A stretch of DNA of 64,000 nucleotides from Octopus vulgaris (taxonomy: Eukaryota), in assembly GCA_951406725.2 (NCBI GenBank), contig OX597815.1, positions 88,908,001 through 88,972,000 on the forward strand, in the 5' to 3' direction. Positions 1-14,100 of the stretch are shown piece by piece. The position numbers and the translations under genes are program-made. Within the stretch, counting starts at the first letter, position 1. Each line of letters begins with the position of its first letter. The notes below the pieces were generated by a model. The model was given only the letters and a program-made list of their open reading frames with translations, ran no database searches and was not told where the DNA came from.

Positions 1-56
1 CAACACCCCTTTAAACCTGCCTAAATGTATAAATGCCAATACAATTCTTGTTAACT

Positions 57-107
57 AGCTTCCTGAAGATTTCTCTTGAATGAAACAGTTCTAGTCCTGT
101 AGAAGCT
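57..107 (+). ncRNA. Type I hammerhead ribozyme motif, intact core, at the 3' end of an element truncated by the window start
   Basis: Stem I AGCTTC(57-62)/GAAGCT(102-107); core CTGAAGA(63-69); short stem II TTC/GAA; GAAA(82-85); stem III ACAG/CTGT; GTA triplet with predicted cut after 101; followed by (TA)n. Confidence 0.75.
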
Positions 108-122
108 CCTTCTATATAATAA

Positions 123-173
<51 letters not shown>

Positions 174-176
<3 letters not shown>

Positions 177-565
177 GGAGTGGCTGTGTGGTAAGTCACT
201 TGCTTACAAACCGCATGGTTCCGGGTTCAGTCCCACTGCGTGGCACCTTGGGCAAGTGTCTTGTGCTATAGCCTCGGGCCGACCAAAGCCTTGTTAGTGG
301 ATTTGGTAGACGGAAACTGAAAGAAGTCCGTCGGGTATATGTATACATATATGTGTGTGTGTGTTTGCTCCCCCCAACATCGCTTGACAACCGATGCTGG
401 TGTGTTTACGTCCCCGTAACTTAGCGGTTCGTCCAAAGAGACCGATAGAATAAGTACTAGGCTTACAAAGAATAAGTCCTGGGGTCGATTTTGCTCGACT
501 AAAGGCGGTGCTCCAGCATGAACACAGTCAAATGATGACTGAAACAAGTAAAAGAGTAAAAGAGG
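174..565 (+). mobile_element. tRNA-derived SINE (family A), full length
   Basis: A-box-like TGGCTGTGTGG, B-box-like GGTTCAGTCCC, CORE-like CCTTGGGCAAGT, internal microsatellite, (AAAAGAGT)-type tail; further copies at 32540, 33730, 35521 and 57090. Confidence 0.85.
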
Positions 566-572
566 AAGAGTA

Positions 573-684
<112 letters not shown>

Positions 685-741
685 TATTTATATATATATG
701 GAGAGAGAGAGAGTAGAGAGAGAGAGAGTGAGAGAAATATT

Positions 742-1400
742 AAAGAGACTTTAATGTAGTGACTTGTTCTGGCGTTAAATGGTATTGTCCTTTTTGAAGT
801 AAGCGAAGATACTTTCGCTCATGGCTTTTGTGTATATAACGTCATGGGCCTGTTGAAGCGAAAAAGCTTATATTTGGAAGAGATTTACTTATTGCGAGCA
901 GTACGGAGTTGGATGCAAAACAGGCAGTGATAGTTCTGTAATGTGCTGTTCACAGAACCATGACTGTTGAGAAGTAGTGAGGTATAGTTTTCGAATTTAC
1001 TGTAGAGACGATCCGTTGAGAACCGAAGCAATTTCGAGACGAGCAAGTTGGGTTTTCAAAAAGTGAATGAGATCAAATGTGTTTTTGAGTGGTTCTGCAT
1101 CGGTCAAAGGTAGGTATAGGGGTGAAAGAAGTTAATGCACGATGAAGATTGCAAAACATTCGTTTTATACAATAGGCATCAATGTACGATGAGTGTGAGA
1201 GCCACGAAGAGCTGGTAGAATAGAAATCACCGGGGGAGTTGGGTGACAGAAGAGATAGTTGAAGTGAAATGTTGACAGTATCTCCTCATTAATGCTGGTG
1301 GATATTTGGTCGAAGAATTTGAAGAATTTTGGAGAATGATAAAGGAGTCCGGTAAAGAATTTGGTTAGAAGTGTGATTTACCGGTAACAAATTGGAAAAA
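742..1400 (-). mobile_element. Decayed Penelope-like element, region just N-terminal to the RT
   Basis: Minus strand reads [16 protein letters not shown], matching the NLTxxExxALKSL motif that precedes ADKG in Penelope RTs; multiple stops. Confidence 0.5.
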
Positions 1401-1479
1401 AGTTTAATGGAACTAATATTGATCTGTGTCGGAAAAATCATTTAATAAAGCTCGTAACATTCAAGAATTCGTATGTTTC

Positions 1480-1816
1480 ATAAAATAGCTTGTTCGGAAA
1501 ATTTTTCAAATGTCCGGTATCACCAAAGAAGACTTCCGCGCGAAATATCATAAACCCCATTTTTTTATGACATACTAACTTCAAATATACAAACTTTATT
1601 CGAATTTAGGTTAGCTATAGTATAAATTTGTCTAATAACAATATGATACAGAAACATACAGTTCTGAAGTCAATAAGACAGATTCAAAATGAAATAATAA
1701 TAACTATATCTCGATTATTATTATTCCCAGCAGGCGTAGAGAAATACTGTTTCTAGAACAGCAATTTCAACAGGGAAGGCGCGTGCAAAATTGTACTTTA
1801 TAATTAGTAGTATAGA
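1480..1816 (-). mobile_element. Possible non-autonomous Helitron 5' portion
   Basis: Minus strand begins TCTATACTACTAATTATAAAG, typical of Helitron 5' termini; no clear CTRR 3' end seen. Confidence 0.35.
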
Positions 1817-2564
1817 CAAACGAATGTGTGAAAAACACAATGATTCATCATTGGTTTATTAAGACAGCTAATGGTACATTTTTCATATAGCCAACGCAAA
1901 AGAGAATTTAGTTGCCGCTACAATCTTTTATTAATTAAAGTAATCGTAGTTTACGACTTGTTTATCTCCGATTTAATTGATCACCATTTGGGCTCCAATA
2001 ATTCGAGCGTATAAACATTAAACGTAATTGCACCATAGATATTATATATACTTTGTATGTATGTATGCATGCGTGTGTGCATGCATGTGTTTATGTACGT
2101 AGGTATGTATGTACGTATGTATGTACGTATGTATGTACGTATGTATGTATGTATGTATGTATGCATGTATGTATGTATACATTTGACATATTCGGAGGAT
2201 TGTCTAAAGCGTTGTATGAATTTTAAAAGCTGACGCTAAAGTAATGAAGGAGTCTCAAAGGAAAAATAACTCCAAATGTGAGGAAATTGCAATATATCAC
2301 GTAAAACCAGTGTTAGATCTTCAGTGGGGAGGGGTATGTGACCAATTCAGTATTTTGCAATAAATATAAAAAAAAATATAAAGAAACAAAAACATTGATT
2401 AGAATATGTATGAAGCTTTACAAGTATTAATAATAATGAAAGCATTAGCGTTGACATGGGAACGGAAAAGTATAATAATTTATTTAAAACCGAATACGAG
2501 TTGTAGCGCTTGGAAATATCACGGGTAAGTGTCAGTTGTCATATATATTATGTTTGTACCTTGC

Positions 2565-2840
<276 letters not shown>

Positions 2841-3589
2841 TTTTGTGTGTGTGTATATGTGTGTGTGTGTGTACGTATAGTTATGTTTGTATGTACCGAA
2901 GCATATAAGCATGCACAGCATGCATGTATGTATGTGAGTGTTTGTGTGTGTGTGTGCCTTTCATTCTATCTTCTGCTAGATGGACACATTAAGCACTTAA
3001 ATATTTATGAACTGTCTGGAACAAATTCTTTATTAAACACTTCTAGTTTTGTATTCTGATACTCCCATTCTTCATCCACTCGCAACATTTTCACCTCGTT
3101 ATTTATCTAGCTATTTGATTCCCATTACTATAACTCCCTAAAAATCCCAGCTCATTCTTTAAAAATCTTAACTTTTCACTAAACACTCTATACCCTGTAG
3201 ATTGATACTTTCATTTTACGCACTTATGTGTGTGTATGCTATATATATGTGTGCGTGCAAGTGTTTGTGCAAGTATAGTCACACTTATATATACGCATAA
3301 CCTCTATTAATTCAGACCTAGAACTCCTATGATTTTGGTCAACTTCATTTGCCACGCTTCAAAAGAGTATGAACTCAACCTTTAGCATTTCAGTTATGAG
3401 TTTTGTGCCTAGACATAAAGAAATAATTCATTGTATAAAGTCGCAGCTGAACGATTAATCAAAATAATATACATTCCACCGATAGGTTAAGACATTTAAT
3501 TTGTAACAGTATATAAAACATTTAGTGCTCTAATGAATTGAACATTGCTCTAATGAATTGAACTTCGCGTATAGGTTGTGGTTGCTTGG

Positions 3590-4290
3590 CTCACGTGAAT
3601 TGTAAACCAGCACGTATGTGATCAAAAACATTTCAGCCACGACCATTTCGACATTTCGTGGTGAGGATACTTAGGATTACATTATTTAACGTATCCTTCT
3701 AGTCTTCAGGTTATTTAAGAAATGTTTTGTAGATTTGGTTATTTGTTGTTAGTTGAGTGACTGGGTAGAGAAACTCTTCTAAACAGTAATTGATGCTGGT
3801 GTTTAATCACAGTGGACTCTGATGTAGTAGGCTTATGATATTTTATACTTTTGTGCAACGTTTTCGTTTAGCTAAAATGAACGGAATAAACGAGATTTTG
3901 GTACTATTATTTATATATGTGGCTGCATAACAATCTTGTCGTTGACCTGTCACCGGTTTTTAATTAAATTTTGAAGTTTTGATGTACATATGCAATGCCA
4001 TTTATAGAACATGAATTATTGTTCTTCTGATCTTTCGATTACCAGTGGCATAATCATGTCAGCGTATATGACTATTGTAGGAACAAGTCAACGACGGAGC
4101 CTTTATATGGTCACTTGATTTATTAGAAATAACAGACTAATCTTCCTTTTAAGATCTTGAACACACACGAGGCAATGTTGCTCAAGACTTGCCTCACCAA
4201 AATGACAAGGCGGTTACAGTTGGAATGCCTTTGATCATATGTATGTTTAATCAGGATTGACCTAGATGTTAAGCAATAAGAATAACAACA
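3590..4290. repeat. Two oppositely oriented copies of an old dispersed repeat (relatives near 6720-7140, 28380-28700 and 42540-42720)
   Basis: Degenerate shared blocks such as TTGTTTAACCC..GGT, GATCAAA..CATT.CAGC..GACC, GATTACATTAT and ATTTG.CT.CTATTTCTAG; + copy ~3590-3780, - copy ~4100-4290. Confidence 0.45.
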
Positions 4291-5660
4291 TCAATACCAC
4301 AAAATAACAGCATGTAGCGTTGACAAAAAGCCTCCTATAGAATATAGCATAATGTTAAGGGAGATTGTAAAACAATGGTATTCTTTCTTTTAGGAATGGT
4401 ACCACGTGCGTAAAATAGATGCATTTTAAACGTTTATTGAAAAGCAGTTCGTGAGGTTAGATGTTAAATCGCCGAAGAATTACCTGTTTTTCCCGTGGTG
4501 GTCGTGGAAAAATTATATTTGAAAAGCATATACAAATCAAACACTCCAATTCGATTTTGCCTCAACTTGTGACTTGTCAAATCCTAAGATTAAAATTTTG
4601 GCTTCTAGCAAGAATTTATCAAAGAGGCGAACTACATACATGTGGCTAGTTTTATCAAAGTAAGCAAGAAATTATTTGCTACGTAATTATATACTGAATA
4701 AATAATAGAGTATATTAATAGACTATTTTCATACTATTTTAATAAACTCTATTTAATATTTGCAAAAAATGAACTTTTTTTCAAGTTTTTTTCAAGATTG
4801 ATAGAAGTTGTTCATAAATAAAAGCAACCAAATAAACCTATTTAAATAAGATTCTCCTAATTAAAAACTTATTGCATTAGTTTACGTATGTTAGGTTATT
4901 TGTAATAGATTATTTGATTTATATGTATCTAAAATGTTATTAAATTCATCGAAAAGTGTTTATCGCTGTATAAGCGCTCTGATTGTTGAACGCAGTGTAA
5001 TTTAATCAGAAACAACTTTCATATAATGCAATTTTACGTGGAGGTTACCTCAAGTATATTCCTTGTAAGGATATCTAATATTTTTAACAGTCAGTTACAA
5101 TTTCTCAATATATTTTGCCCTTTAAAACTATTGGGAGATACGCTATGCTCTCAAGTGTGAAATATAGTAATCGGAAATGTTGATAACAGATACGAAATAT
5201 TTATAATGTTTAAAAATTCGTTGTAAATATAAATTTAAAGGAACCAGAAAGTAAGAAATGTTTCGGACAAGCATCTTTTTTTTGCGTAAGAGAATATGGA
5301 GGTTAATGTTGCAGAAGAGAGGAAAGATTGATAAGAAAGATTACTTGTAGGGAGAGAGGGGTGGAAGTAGAAAAGAACTCTGTGACTAGTGGGGAATATG
5401 GTGAGAGAAGTGTAAGATATGATGCGAGATGTGTGGGAATTTGATAGTGAGGAGGAAGTGAAGTGAGTGGTAGTCAAAGTAACCAAAGTTTGTTTTGAGA
5501 TCCCAGTCATTTGAAATGGGGGGGAGGCTGTGAGATCCAGTATATACAAGTTAAAAGATGAGTGAGAATTCTGTAGGGTATGCATGCATGATTCCGTTAA
5601 ATCATTCAGCAGAAACAAAAACTTTCTACATATCGCTAATTTTCGATCAGAGCATATTTA

Positions 5661-5663
<3 letters not shown>

Positions 5664-5740
<77 letters not shown>

Positions 5741-5853
5741 ACACACACAGACAGACACACACAGACACAGACACACACACAGACACACACAGACACAGAC
5801 ACAGACACAGACACACACGTACACACACACACACACACACACAGACACACAGA

Positions 5854-5908
<55 letters not shown>
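5664..5908. repeat. (CA)n/(CAGACA)n microsatellite
   Basis: Direct reading. Confidence 0.95.
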
Positions 5909-5912
<4 letters not shown>

Positions 5913-6383
5913 CAAAACGCTAGATATAAAACCTCAGCAGCGTAAAAATGAAGTGCATAGAAGTGGCATAAAAAAAAGCGGATCACTTGCTACTACAAAC
6001 TGAGACGTACGTTCATATGCGAATGCACAGCTACATTCAGTTGAAGGACCAAATAGATCAATGAGATCTGTTGGATCTTTAAATACCATGTAAAAAAACA
6101 AGAGAAAATTGATAATATACGCCTGCAGAAACATGCATATATGGTCGCGCGAGCGCAGGCATACATGCGCGTGTGCACACACACATGCACACACGCCCGC
6201 CCACGTATACATATGCACACGTTTAGTCGAAGCCATATAATCCAGAACTTATAATATTCTTCAAGCGATGATAGCATTTTCTGGCTTCAAATCCAAATAC
6301 CCTTGTAGAAAGAACATAGCAAATATAGACGGCTTCACATATTCTTTCACTGTTTTATTGGTCAGTTATTGTTTGTTCTAAGT

Positions 6384-6630
6384 GGAGGCGCGTGGCTTAG
6401 TGGTTAGGATGTCAGCACCATGATTGTAAGGTTGTGGTTTCGATTCCTGGACCGAGCGACGCGTTGTGTTCTTGAGCAAAGCACTTCATTTCACGTTGCT
6501 CCAGTCCACTCAGCTGGCAAAAATGAGTAACGTTGCGATTGACTGGCGTACCGTCCAGCTGGGGAACACACATGCCACAGAAACCGGGAAACCGGGCCCA
6601 TGAGCCTGGTTAGGCTTTAAAAAGTGCGCA
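6384..6630 (+). mobile_element. tRNA-derived SINE (family B) with a V-domain-like segment
   Basis: A box TGGCTTAGTGG, B box GTTTCGATTCC, GTTCTTGAGCAAAGCACTT core, then GCGATTGACTGGCGTACCGTCCAG resembling the V-SINE domain. Confidence 0.75.
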
Positions 6631-7821
6631 TTAAAATTTTTTTAATTATTGTTTGTTTTAAAAATCATTCTTGCCGTGTTTCTTGTAAGTTTTTTCATTA
6701 GTTGTTTAAATGTATATTTTTGTTTTGTTTCTGTTTAACCCTAGGTCATCCCTATGAAGCAGAACTGTCGTCAAAGTCATTCCAACACTGACCGTCGTCT
6801 ATTTCATCAAGAGTATGTGTCTAGCTTTCCTTTAATTTATTTTTCAAGATAGCAGAGCGTGGCGTCAGCAAAACCTGGTTGGTATTTCTAACTTTCAGTG
6901 CAGCTACATAGAATTTTCTAATGTCACTTATCGCTAATCTCCCATCCACAGCTTTTCTGGCTCTTCTGATTGTTATTACCATTGTTGTTCTTCTTTAGCT
7001 CCCCCAACTAACGCTGATCATGAATACCCTTCGTCAAAAACGTTTTAACCACGACCAATTTATCTCTTGTTTTCAGATATAGGACCAGATTACTTTGTGT
7101 GTCCTTTCTCCTCTCATATTCATAGGTAGATATATCTTCTACCAGAGCGATCAATCGCTAAAGTCTTGTCCCTCGTTGTGGTATTGCCCGACGATACCCT
7201 TACTTCACTTGCAGTTGCTATAAATTGTTTCAATTAGATTTTACTTTTTTTATGGCTGTTGTTTTTCTCTAAGTTAGTTATGGTCCATCAGGTATATGAT
7301 TAAATGATTTTCAGTACGGCCATTCCAATTTTGTAGGAGTAGGTGCTAAGTGGTATCAACAGGGATATGTTAGCATTAGATATTGTTTTATCGGTGTTCC
7401 CAAACAAATACCTTTTTTAAAGTATATTCCGTATATACTGACGTTTTCAGATAACCTGATATTCCACGGTTGCTGCATTCTACGTTTGGTCGATTGAACT
7501 CATCCCACGATTGAAGGAAACTCTAAATTATATTTTACATCCTGTTTACATCCTCCACAAACACACACATCACACATATAGACACGCATGAATACATGCA
7601 CACAAACCAACATGCATACAAGCTAACTCACACAAAAACAGACACATACATAAAATAACACACACACATGCACACACATTACAATGCTTATCAACAAGTG
7701 ATAACACAGCTTCGCTTCCAACGCATAGTATAAATATATTGATTCCGTAGAATTGACGTGGTTGAACATTGGAGTAGCGATGTCCACGACATTAGAACTG
7801 CCTCCATAAATACAATACTAT

Positions 7822-7901
<80 letters not shown>

Positions 7902-7904
7902 GTA

Positions 7905-8390
7905 TAGTTGAAACTTACAGAAAGCAAAAAACAAAAAGACGTGTATGAACAACAAGAAAGTGTATTAGTTTGACGCTCGGGAAAAATGAAAACGTCTTTT
8001 ACGTTTCGCGCTTACGCTCGTCAACAAAAAATAATAACAGAAAACAAACGGAGAGAGAGAAGGAAAAAAGCTTGTAGAGTTCAGCGGTAAAAAAAGAAAA
8101 AAAAATGAAAAAAGGAAAGAGAATGGCAAAGTATTAACGTGTGGAGTATAAAAGTTCAGAAAGTTCAGAAAGTTCAAAAAGTTTAGATTGGAGCGATCTA
8201 CATCAACGAAAAACTCCAATGAAATCCATGAAGGCAGAGTCAATAGATCCAATGGGAATCCGGATTAAGTGCTGGTATGTGGATGAGGAGAGGTGCTGAA
8301 AGTTCGGGAAGTGGTTAGGATATGCAAATCCAAAGAGTAGGAAGTTCAGTCAGGATAAGAATACATACTGTAAAATAATTTACTTATAAC
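7905..8390 (-). mobile_element. Penelope-type terminal-repeat fragment with a degenerate minimal hammerhead (family H1)
   Basis: Minus strand TTGTTGACGAGCGTAAGCGCGAAACGTAAAAGAC near 7995-8030; homologous to 38670-38880 and 58250-58395; abuts (TA)n. Confidence 0.55.
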
Positions 8391-10599
8391 ATCTTCACAT
8401 GCGTTTCAGCAATAATTGCGTAATGATATATACATACATACATATATACATACATACATACATACATACAATTAGAGACGATTTTATGTGATATAATTGC
8501 TTTTATAATTGAGATACAATTGCTTTTATAATTGTCATGAATTAACTGTGTCAAACATAATATTGATATAAGAATAAACAAATTAAACACTACCTACACA
8601 TGGAGTACATTCATTTTTGTTGGCTTATCATCATTTCTTTTTGGTGGTTTAGGGAGGATAAAGGAATGAAATGTCTAGAGAATAGCATGGCAGAATTTGT
8701 TATTCAATAACTTATTCAATAATACAGACTTATAGTACAGTCAGCTGCTTTTCTCTAGGGCGGAATCAGGAACCTAACCATTTTTACACGAAAACGAAAT
8801 GGTATTCACTATTATTGGATGAATCGAGAGTTTTGTAGGGGAAGAGGAATACAAAATAATGACTAAATAACAAATAAATAAAATGGAAAGAAAAATGATA
8901 AAAACTGAATGTTCTTAGACTTCATTTCAAAGATGACCTCTTTATTTTGATACTGTAAAGGTCAACAGTGGTCTCATGGAAAACATTCTGACGAAAGAAT
9001 TTTGCAACGGCAGAGAGGTCAGGTTGCTGTTGAAAACAAGTCCAGATGTTTTATTGATTTTTTCGTCGTAATGGCTTTATTGAATGTAATAGTGTTCAAA
9101 ATCGGTGATACAGAAATGTTTCTGGAAGTAAGCTGCTGTCTGATATTTATAAAAGTATAGAATGACAGCAATAATTGTTTGGAAGAGTTTCTGTATGATA
9201 GAGAAAAAAAAATTAACGAGAAATAAAGAGTAATATGCTTCATCAGTTAAATCTAGTCAGACTTTACACCTCGCTTTATATCAGAACAAATTCCCTGAAG
9301 CAAATAACAGTGGTGTGGAAAAAAATCCTCCTTTAAAACGTATATACATTACATTACAGCTGTTGTAAACTTGAATGACAATATTATTCTCTCGGGAACA
9401 ATGCAGGGCAAGGACAGGAAATATAATTATACATATTCGTAAATTTACACTTGCCCTCACACACAAGTACATACACATAATATATGTATGAATGCATGCT
9501 ACTGTATATCAAGCCGTTTATATTCTATTAGTATGTCGAGAACAAAGAATGTACACAGTTGCATGGGCGCTGAACCATTGATGAATAACAAATAGGGAAA
9601 CATGAATGTATTTGCTAGACAATATATTGTCATGTGGAAGCAAATACTGGAATTTCAAAATTTTATAATTACAATACTTCGGTCTCAAAAATTAGTCTCC
9701 TGTTGGAAGTTCACATTTTTTTCTGGTAGCATAACCAAATTTCATATACTTTTTTCCTTGTAGAGGCTCATCGATAAGACTATAAAATTACTTTTCATCA
9801 CCTGAAATCTCGTCTTATTGATATGGAAAGGTATGGGACGCTACACAGTTCACATCTTCCCTTTTTCTTATAAACAACTAAAATCCGTTATAGAAACCAC
9901 GAAGCAAATGCATTTCAACATGTTTACCAACAGTTTACTTCACGCAATTTAAGACTGTCTATAAATTTGATTTCTTCACTTCAAACAAAGGCAATGTTTT
10001 GTTGCTAAAGTGTTTATAATTTAAATTAAAATCACATTTCAGTCACAGTCGGATACAGTTTATAAATCAAACCTGACGGAATTCTCAGAACTTAGGATAA
10101 AAGCTAAACCCTAAGTCATATAATACTCCTTAAGAGTTCGTATTTATAATTGACTACTTATGTACAATGAAACATTTTGTGCAGGTGAAGTTAGGAAGTT
10201 GTATCGACGCAGTATATTACAGTGCATTTCAAATTTTACCGGCACTGAGGAGAAATGCTATGCAAGTAGTTACAATTAAACACAGAGTGTAGATGAACTA
10301 AATCACATATCACAATATATGTAGCCCTATTTCTTATCGCCTCAGCCTATTTACTGCTGTAAATTTATATAACACTGACAACTGAATAAAAAGTAATGAA
10401 AGTAGTGTGAAATATTTTCATCCCACGCTTTTCTATCTGAAACCCAAAATGTCTTTTCTTGTTCCTTAATTTTGAAGTGGAGATAATAATAACAACGTGG
10501 TGATCATGTTGGTAATATTTCTGTTAGGAGTGTGCTAAGTTTTTGGTGGGGTAATGTGAGCAAGAAGTTTGTTGCAGAAGAGCACACAATCACGATACA

Positions 10600-10800
10600 A
10601 AGATTTTGGAAAGCGAGTTGTACGTGCATTCTCTGTGTAAATCATACGCAGTTGAGCTAAACCGATAAACAGTAGTAAGTATATAAATAGAATATAGCGT
10701 GTGTTGGTACGGATTAAGAAAAAGTTGACAGAACCAGAATCACATGCACTATCGATAAAAGATATTGGTAAATAGAGATAGGGACTGAGATAGAAAGAGT

Positions 10801-10852
<52 letters not shown>

Positions 10853-11142
10853 CAAAGTGTGAAATGAAGCTGGTTGCAAAATATTGTTGAAAATCTTTCC
10901 GGTTAGATGCTTTATTTTTGCATGCGTCATGAAGTGGAGTTCATACGCTCAAGATTTTTTTTTTAAACCAGTATATTTCTAAGCCTTGAAAAGAAAAAAA
11001 ACAGCTTTTTAACATAGCCTTGTCTTTATGATGATCATGACGACGATGCAGAGATGCAACAAAAATGATATTTTAGCTTGTAAAGCGTAGTTTGTGTAGA
11101 GAGTACAATGGATTATATGTGTGATGATCAAAAGTTGGAGAA
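10600..11142 (+). promoter_or_regulatory. Candidate promoter/5' UTR with a (GA)n tract and two 20-codon uORFs
   Basis: (GA)n at 10803-10848 within a transposon-poor zone (~8.6-15 kb); uORFs at 11028-11090 and 11108-11170 (the second overlaps the candidate CDS); leads into a consensus donor. Confidence 0.35.
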
Positions 11143-11176
11143 ATGGAATACTCCAAGTTTGCTTTCCTGACAAACT
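11143..11176 (+). CDS. Candidate first coding exon MEYSKFAFLTN, phase-1 end, product unknown
   Basis: GAGAAATGG start context (A at -3, G at +4), 34 nt open, then a GTAAGT donor at 11177-11182; no downstream exon confirmed. Confidence 0.35.
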
Positions 11177-14100
11177 GTAAGTGGAAATGTATGTTCGTTA
11201 AAGAAACATAAATTAGAGAAATTTAACATTTATTATTTAAGTTGAACAAAAATGTACAAAATTTAAATTGAGTGCTTTAGAATAATCAATTTATCTTGTA
11301 ATTTAAAATGAAATATTTCCCCACTAAACAAAAATTCGAATTAATAAAGTAATTTATTAATGCACTTGAAAGAATAATCACAGTACTTTTTGATATTTAA
11401 ATCAGAGGTAGAGGGATAAAAACGTTGAACATGAAAAAGCAATTATTGATATATAATCATGTTATTCTAACAGTTTTCTGAATTCTTCTTATATGTATCG
11501 AAAATTAGTTGACGTCAAACTTATCCAAAATTACTTATATAGGCGGGAAATCTCAGCTTTATAACATATATGAAATATTGATTTAAATTTGTGGTGTAAT
11601 CATGTTTACAAGACCATTAATGTTATAGTTCATACCAAAAATTCCAACTTCGGAACTAAAATCATTTCCTGGAAACTTAATCACAATATCCCATATTCTC
11701 TGTAAACATTCAATATGTAGAACTCGTGGAGTTGATTGCTTGAAAATATTTCAATTCCTGCTGCAGACTCTTGTACCTCACTTAGTATGCTAATGTGCAA
11801 TTAAATGACATAAACAGCACAACTGTCACTCACCTTTTCTTAGTACTGAATATATTTACTCAACACATGATGGATATTACAGATTATAAGTATTTGTGAA
11901 GTTGCTGTTGTATTTCACCTATATGTGATTGCATTTCATCATTAGTTCATTAATTACAGTGAGGTTTATAAGGAAATATAATTAGCTACACTTCAAAATA
12001 ATTCATTATTTACTCGAGACATCCTTCATTCTGTAGTATATCGAACTCATCAACGTAGATAAAGTCTCTGGCTGCATACGTTCCTATTCATGGCAACTGG
12101 TCATTATCTTAATATTTATCAATTCCATCTGTGACTAAACGAACAGGGGAAATGGAATTTCGCCTCTCATTATTGTATAGTTTATATATTACTTCTTACA
12201 GTCAATGTTTTATATGAATTTATAGTTGAAGAGGGAAATAATAGAGATTCAAAGAATTCATTCATGATCAACGTATTATTAACTTAATAATCACAACATT
12301 GATAAGAAGTGTTATTAGCTGAAATGTTGAATAAAGCTATCTGTCGAGACTATAGGTATGTTGATAGTTGTTAGATAAATTGGACTCAAGTAAGTCACGT
12401 GCTTGAGTTTTCTTTGTTATAGAACATGGGAATTTACTTGTTAAGCATCATGAAAGTATACAGAGTCTAGTTTGACTACTCTTCTCGTTATTCTTTGTTC
12501 CTGTTTAACTTCTTCAAAATACAGTGTGGCCACATAGTTAATCTTTGAAGTTGATAACGAAGTAAATTACAGATATTCCACTCGTTCTCTCCTCCTGCTT
12601 CTCTCATCTTTTGTTTTTCTTTTGTCTTACTTTCTTTTTCTCTCCATTTTCTTTCTCTCTATATTTGTTGCTTGCGTGTGTATATGTATATGTGTGTTTA
12701 TGCACGCACATACACACGCACATACTTGCACACAGGCAAATGTATTAGATGTATGTATCTATATATGTATATATATATACACATATATATATACACGTAT
12801 GTATGAATATATATATATATATATATATGTGTGGGGGGGGATGAGTATATGCATGTGTGTGAGAGTGTGTGCGTCTGTGTCTGTAATTACATGTAGATGT
12901 ACATAATGTATATCTACGTACAGGGAAAGTCTAAATCCAACAGCCAACGTTAGTGGATGTAAAATAAAATATATCAGCGATGGTGGTGCGTTATCACCAT
13001 GTCATGTGATATGATTGGTCAACAAGATAGCATCGTTTACTGACATTAGCGAAGCCAAGTGCTTCTCCAAGGTATGATTCTCACCTTTCTCTAAGGCATG
13101 ATACTCGCAAGATGTATGTATAAGCTCGAATTACACTATTAAATGTTCACCAAGGATATGATAGGAATTGTACATAAAAGGAATTATAAACAGAATTACT
13201 CACACAATCATCCCCTCCACATATGCGGTATGTGTAAATATACAGTAATTATATTAATACATTTTAAAGATTTATCTTAATATTATATAATTAATTGATT
13301 GATATTAATGTTGTATGGTGTACGAAATAATTTTAGTTCGCTCAATATTTCCATTTCCGTTGTGGACGACAGTTTGCAAGATGAGACCATCGCTAACAAC
13401 TTGTGTCTTCTCACAAGTAATTTATATGGAATAAATACTAGTTGCTCCATCGTAACTTGTATTTATTTCATATACATTACTTGTGATCATAATAACAAAA
13501 TTATTAGGTACCAGCAAGGCTAGGCCTGTTCGACTAATACGTTGAAAACTTTAAGTTTGCTTTAAAACGCTTACACATAATAAAGTGGTAAATATGTATA
13601 GGTATACACACACTCACATGCGCACATATGCATATACATGCACAGAAACGCAATCATACACACAACGAGCATTTCTGTGTTTATTTACGTACTCACATAC
13701 ATATACACAGTCTGACATTCACACACAAACTCATACATATATGCAAATATCTTACATGAGATATGGAATATATCTGTTTAGAAATCAATATATAACAAAC
13801 AACTCTAAATTTCATGCTATTTATATTGACTTTATTTATGCTAAACCGCATGAATTTCCTTTCAGCATTTGTTTTAGCTTTTAGGATGACCGAAAATGTC
13901 AGGTAAATTTTAAAAATTTTTCATGAGATTGCTGAAATTCTATGAAAACTCAATCGATATTTCCTTCTCAAAACACTTCCGTTAAAACGTCGCCTATGAA
14001 AATAACCGGAATCTGCTTTGGGAGAAGCATTTTCACTTTGCTTGGTTACACTATCAGAAGCATGTCAATACAATCAGTTGCTGTAATTTAACCACCAAAA

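Noticed and set aside
174-250. tRNA-like sequences here and at 6384-6460
   Set aside because: They are SINE heads followed by SINE bodies, with no complete cloverleaf
13885-13902. 18-nt micro-exon candidate (TTTTAG|GATGACCGAAAATGTCAG|GTAAAT)
   Set aside because: Joining it to the phase-1 exon at 11176 creates an immediate TGA, and there is no other support
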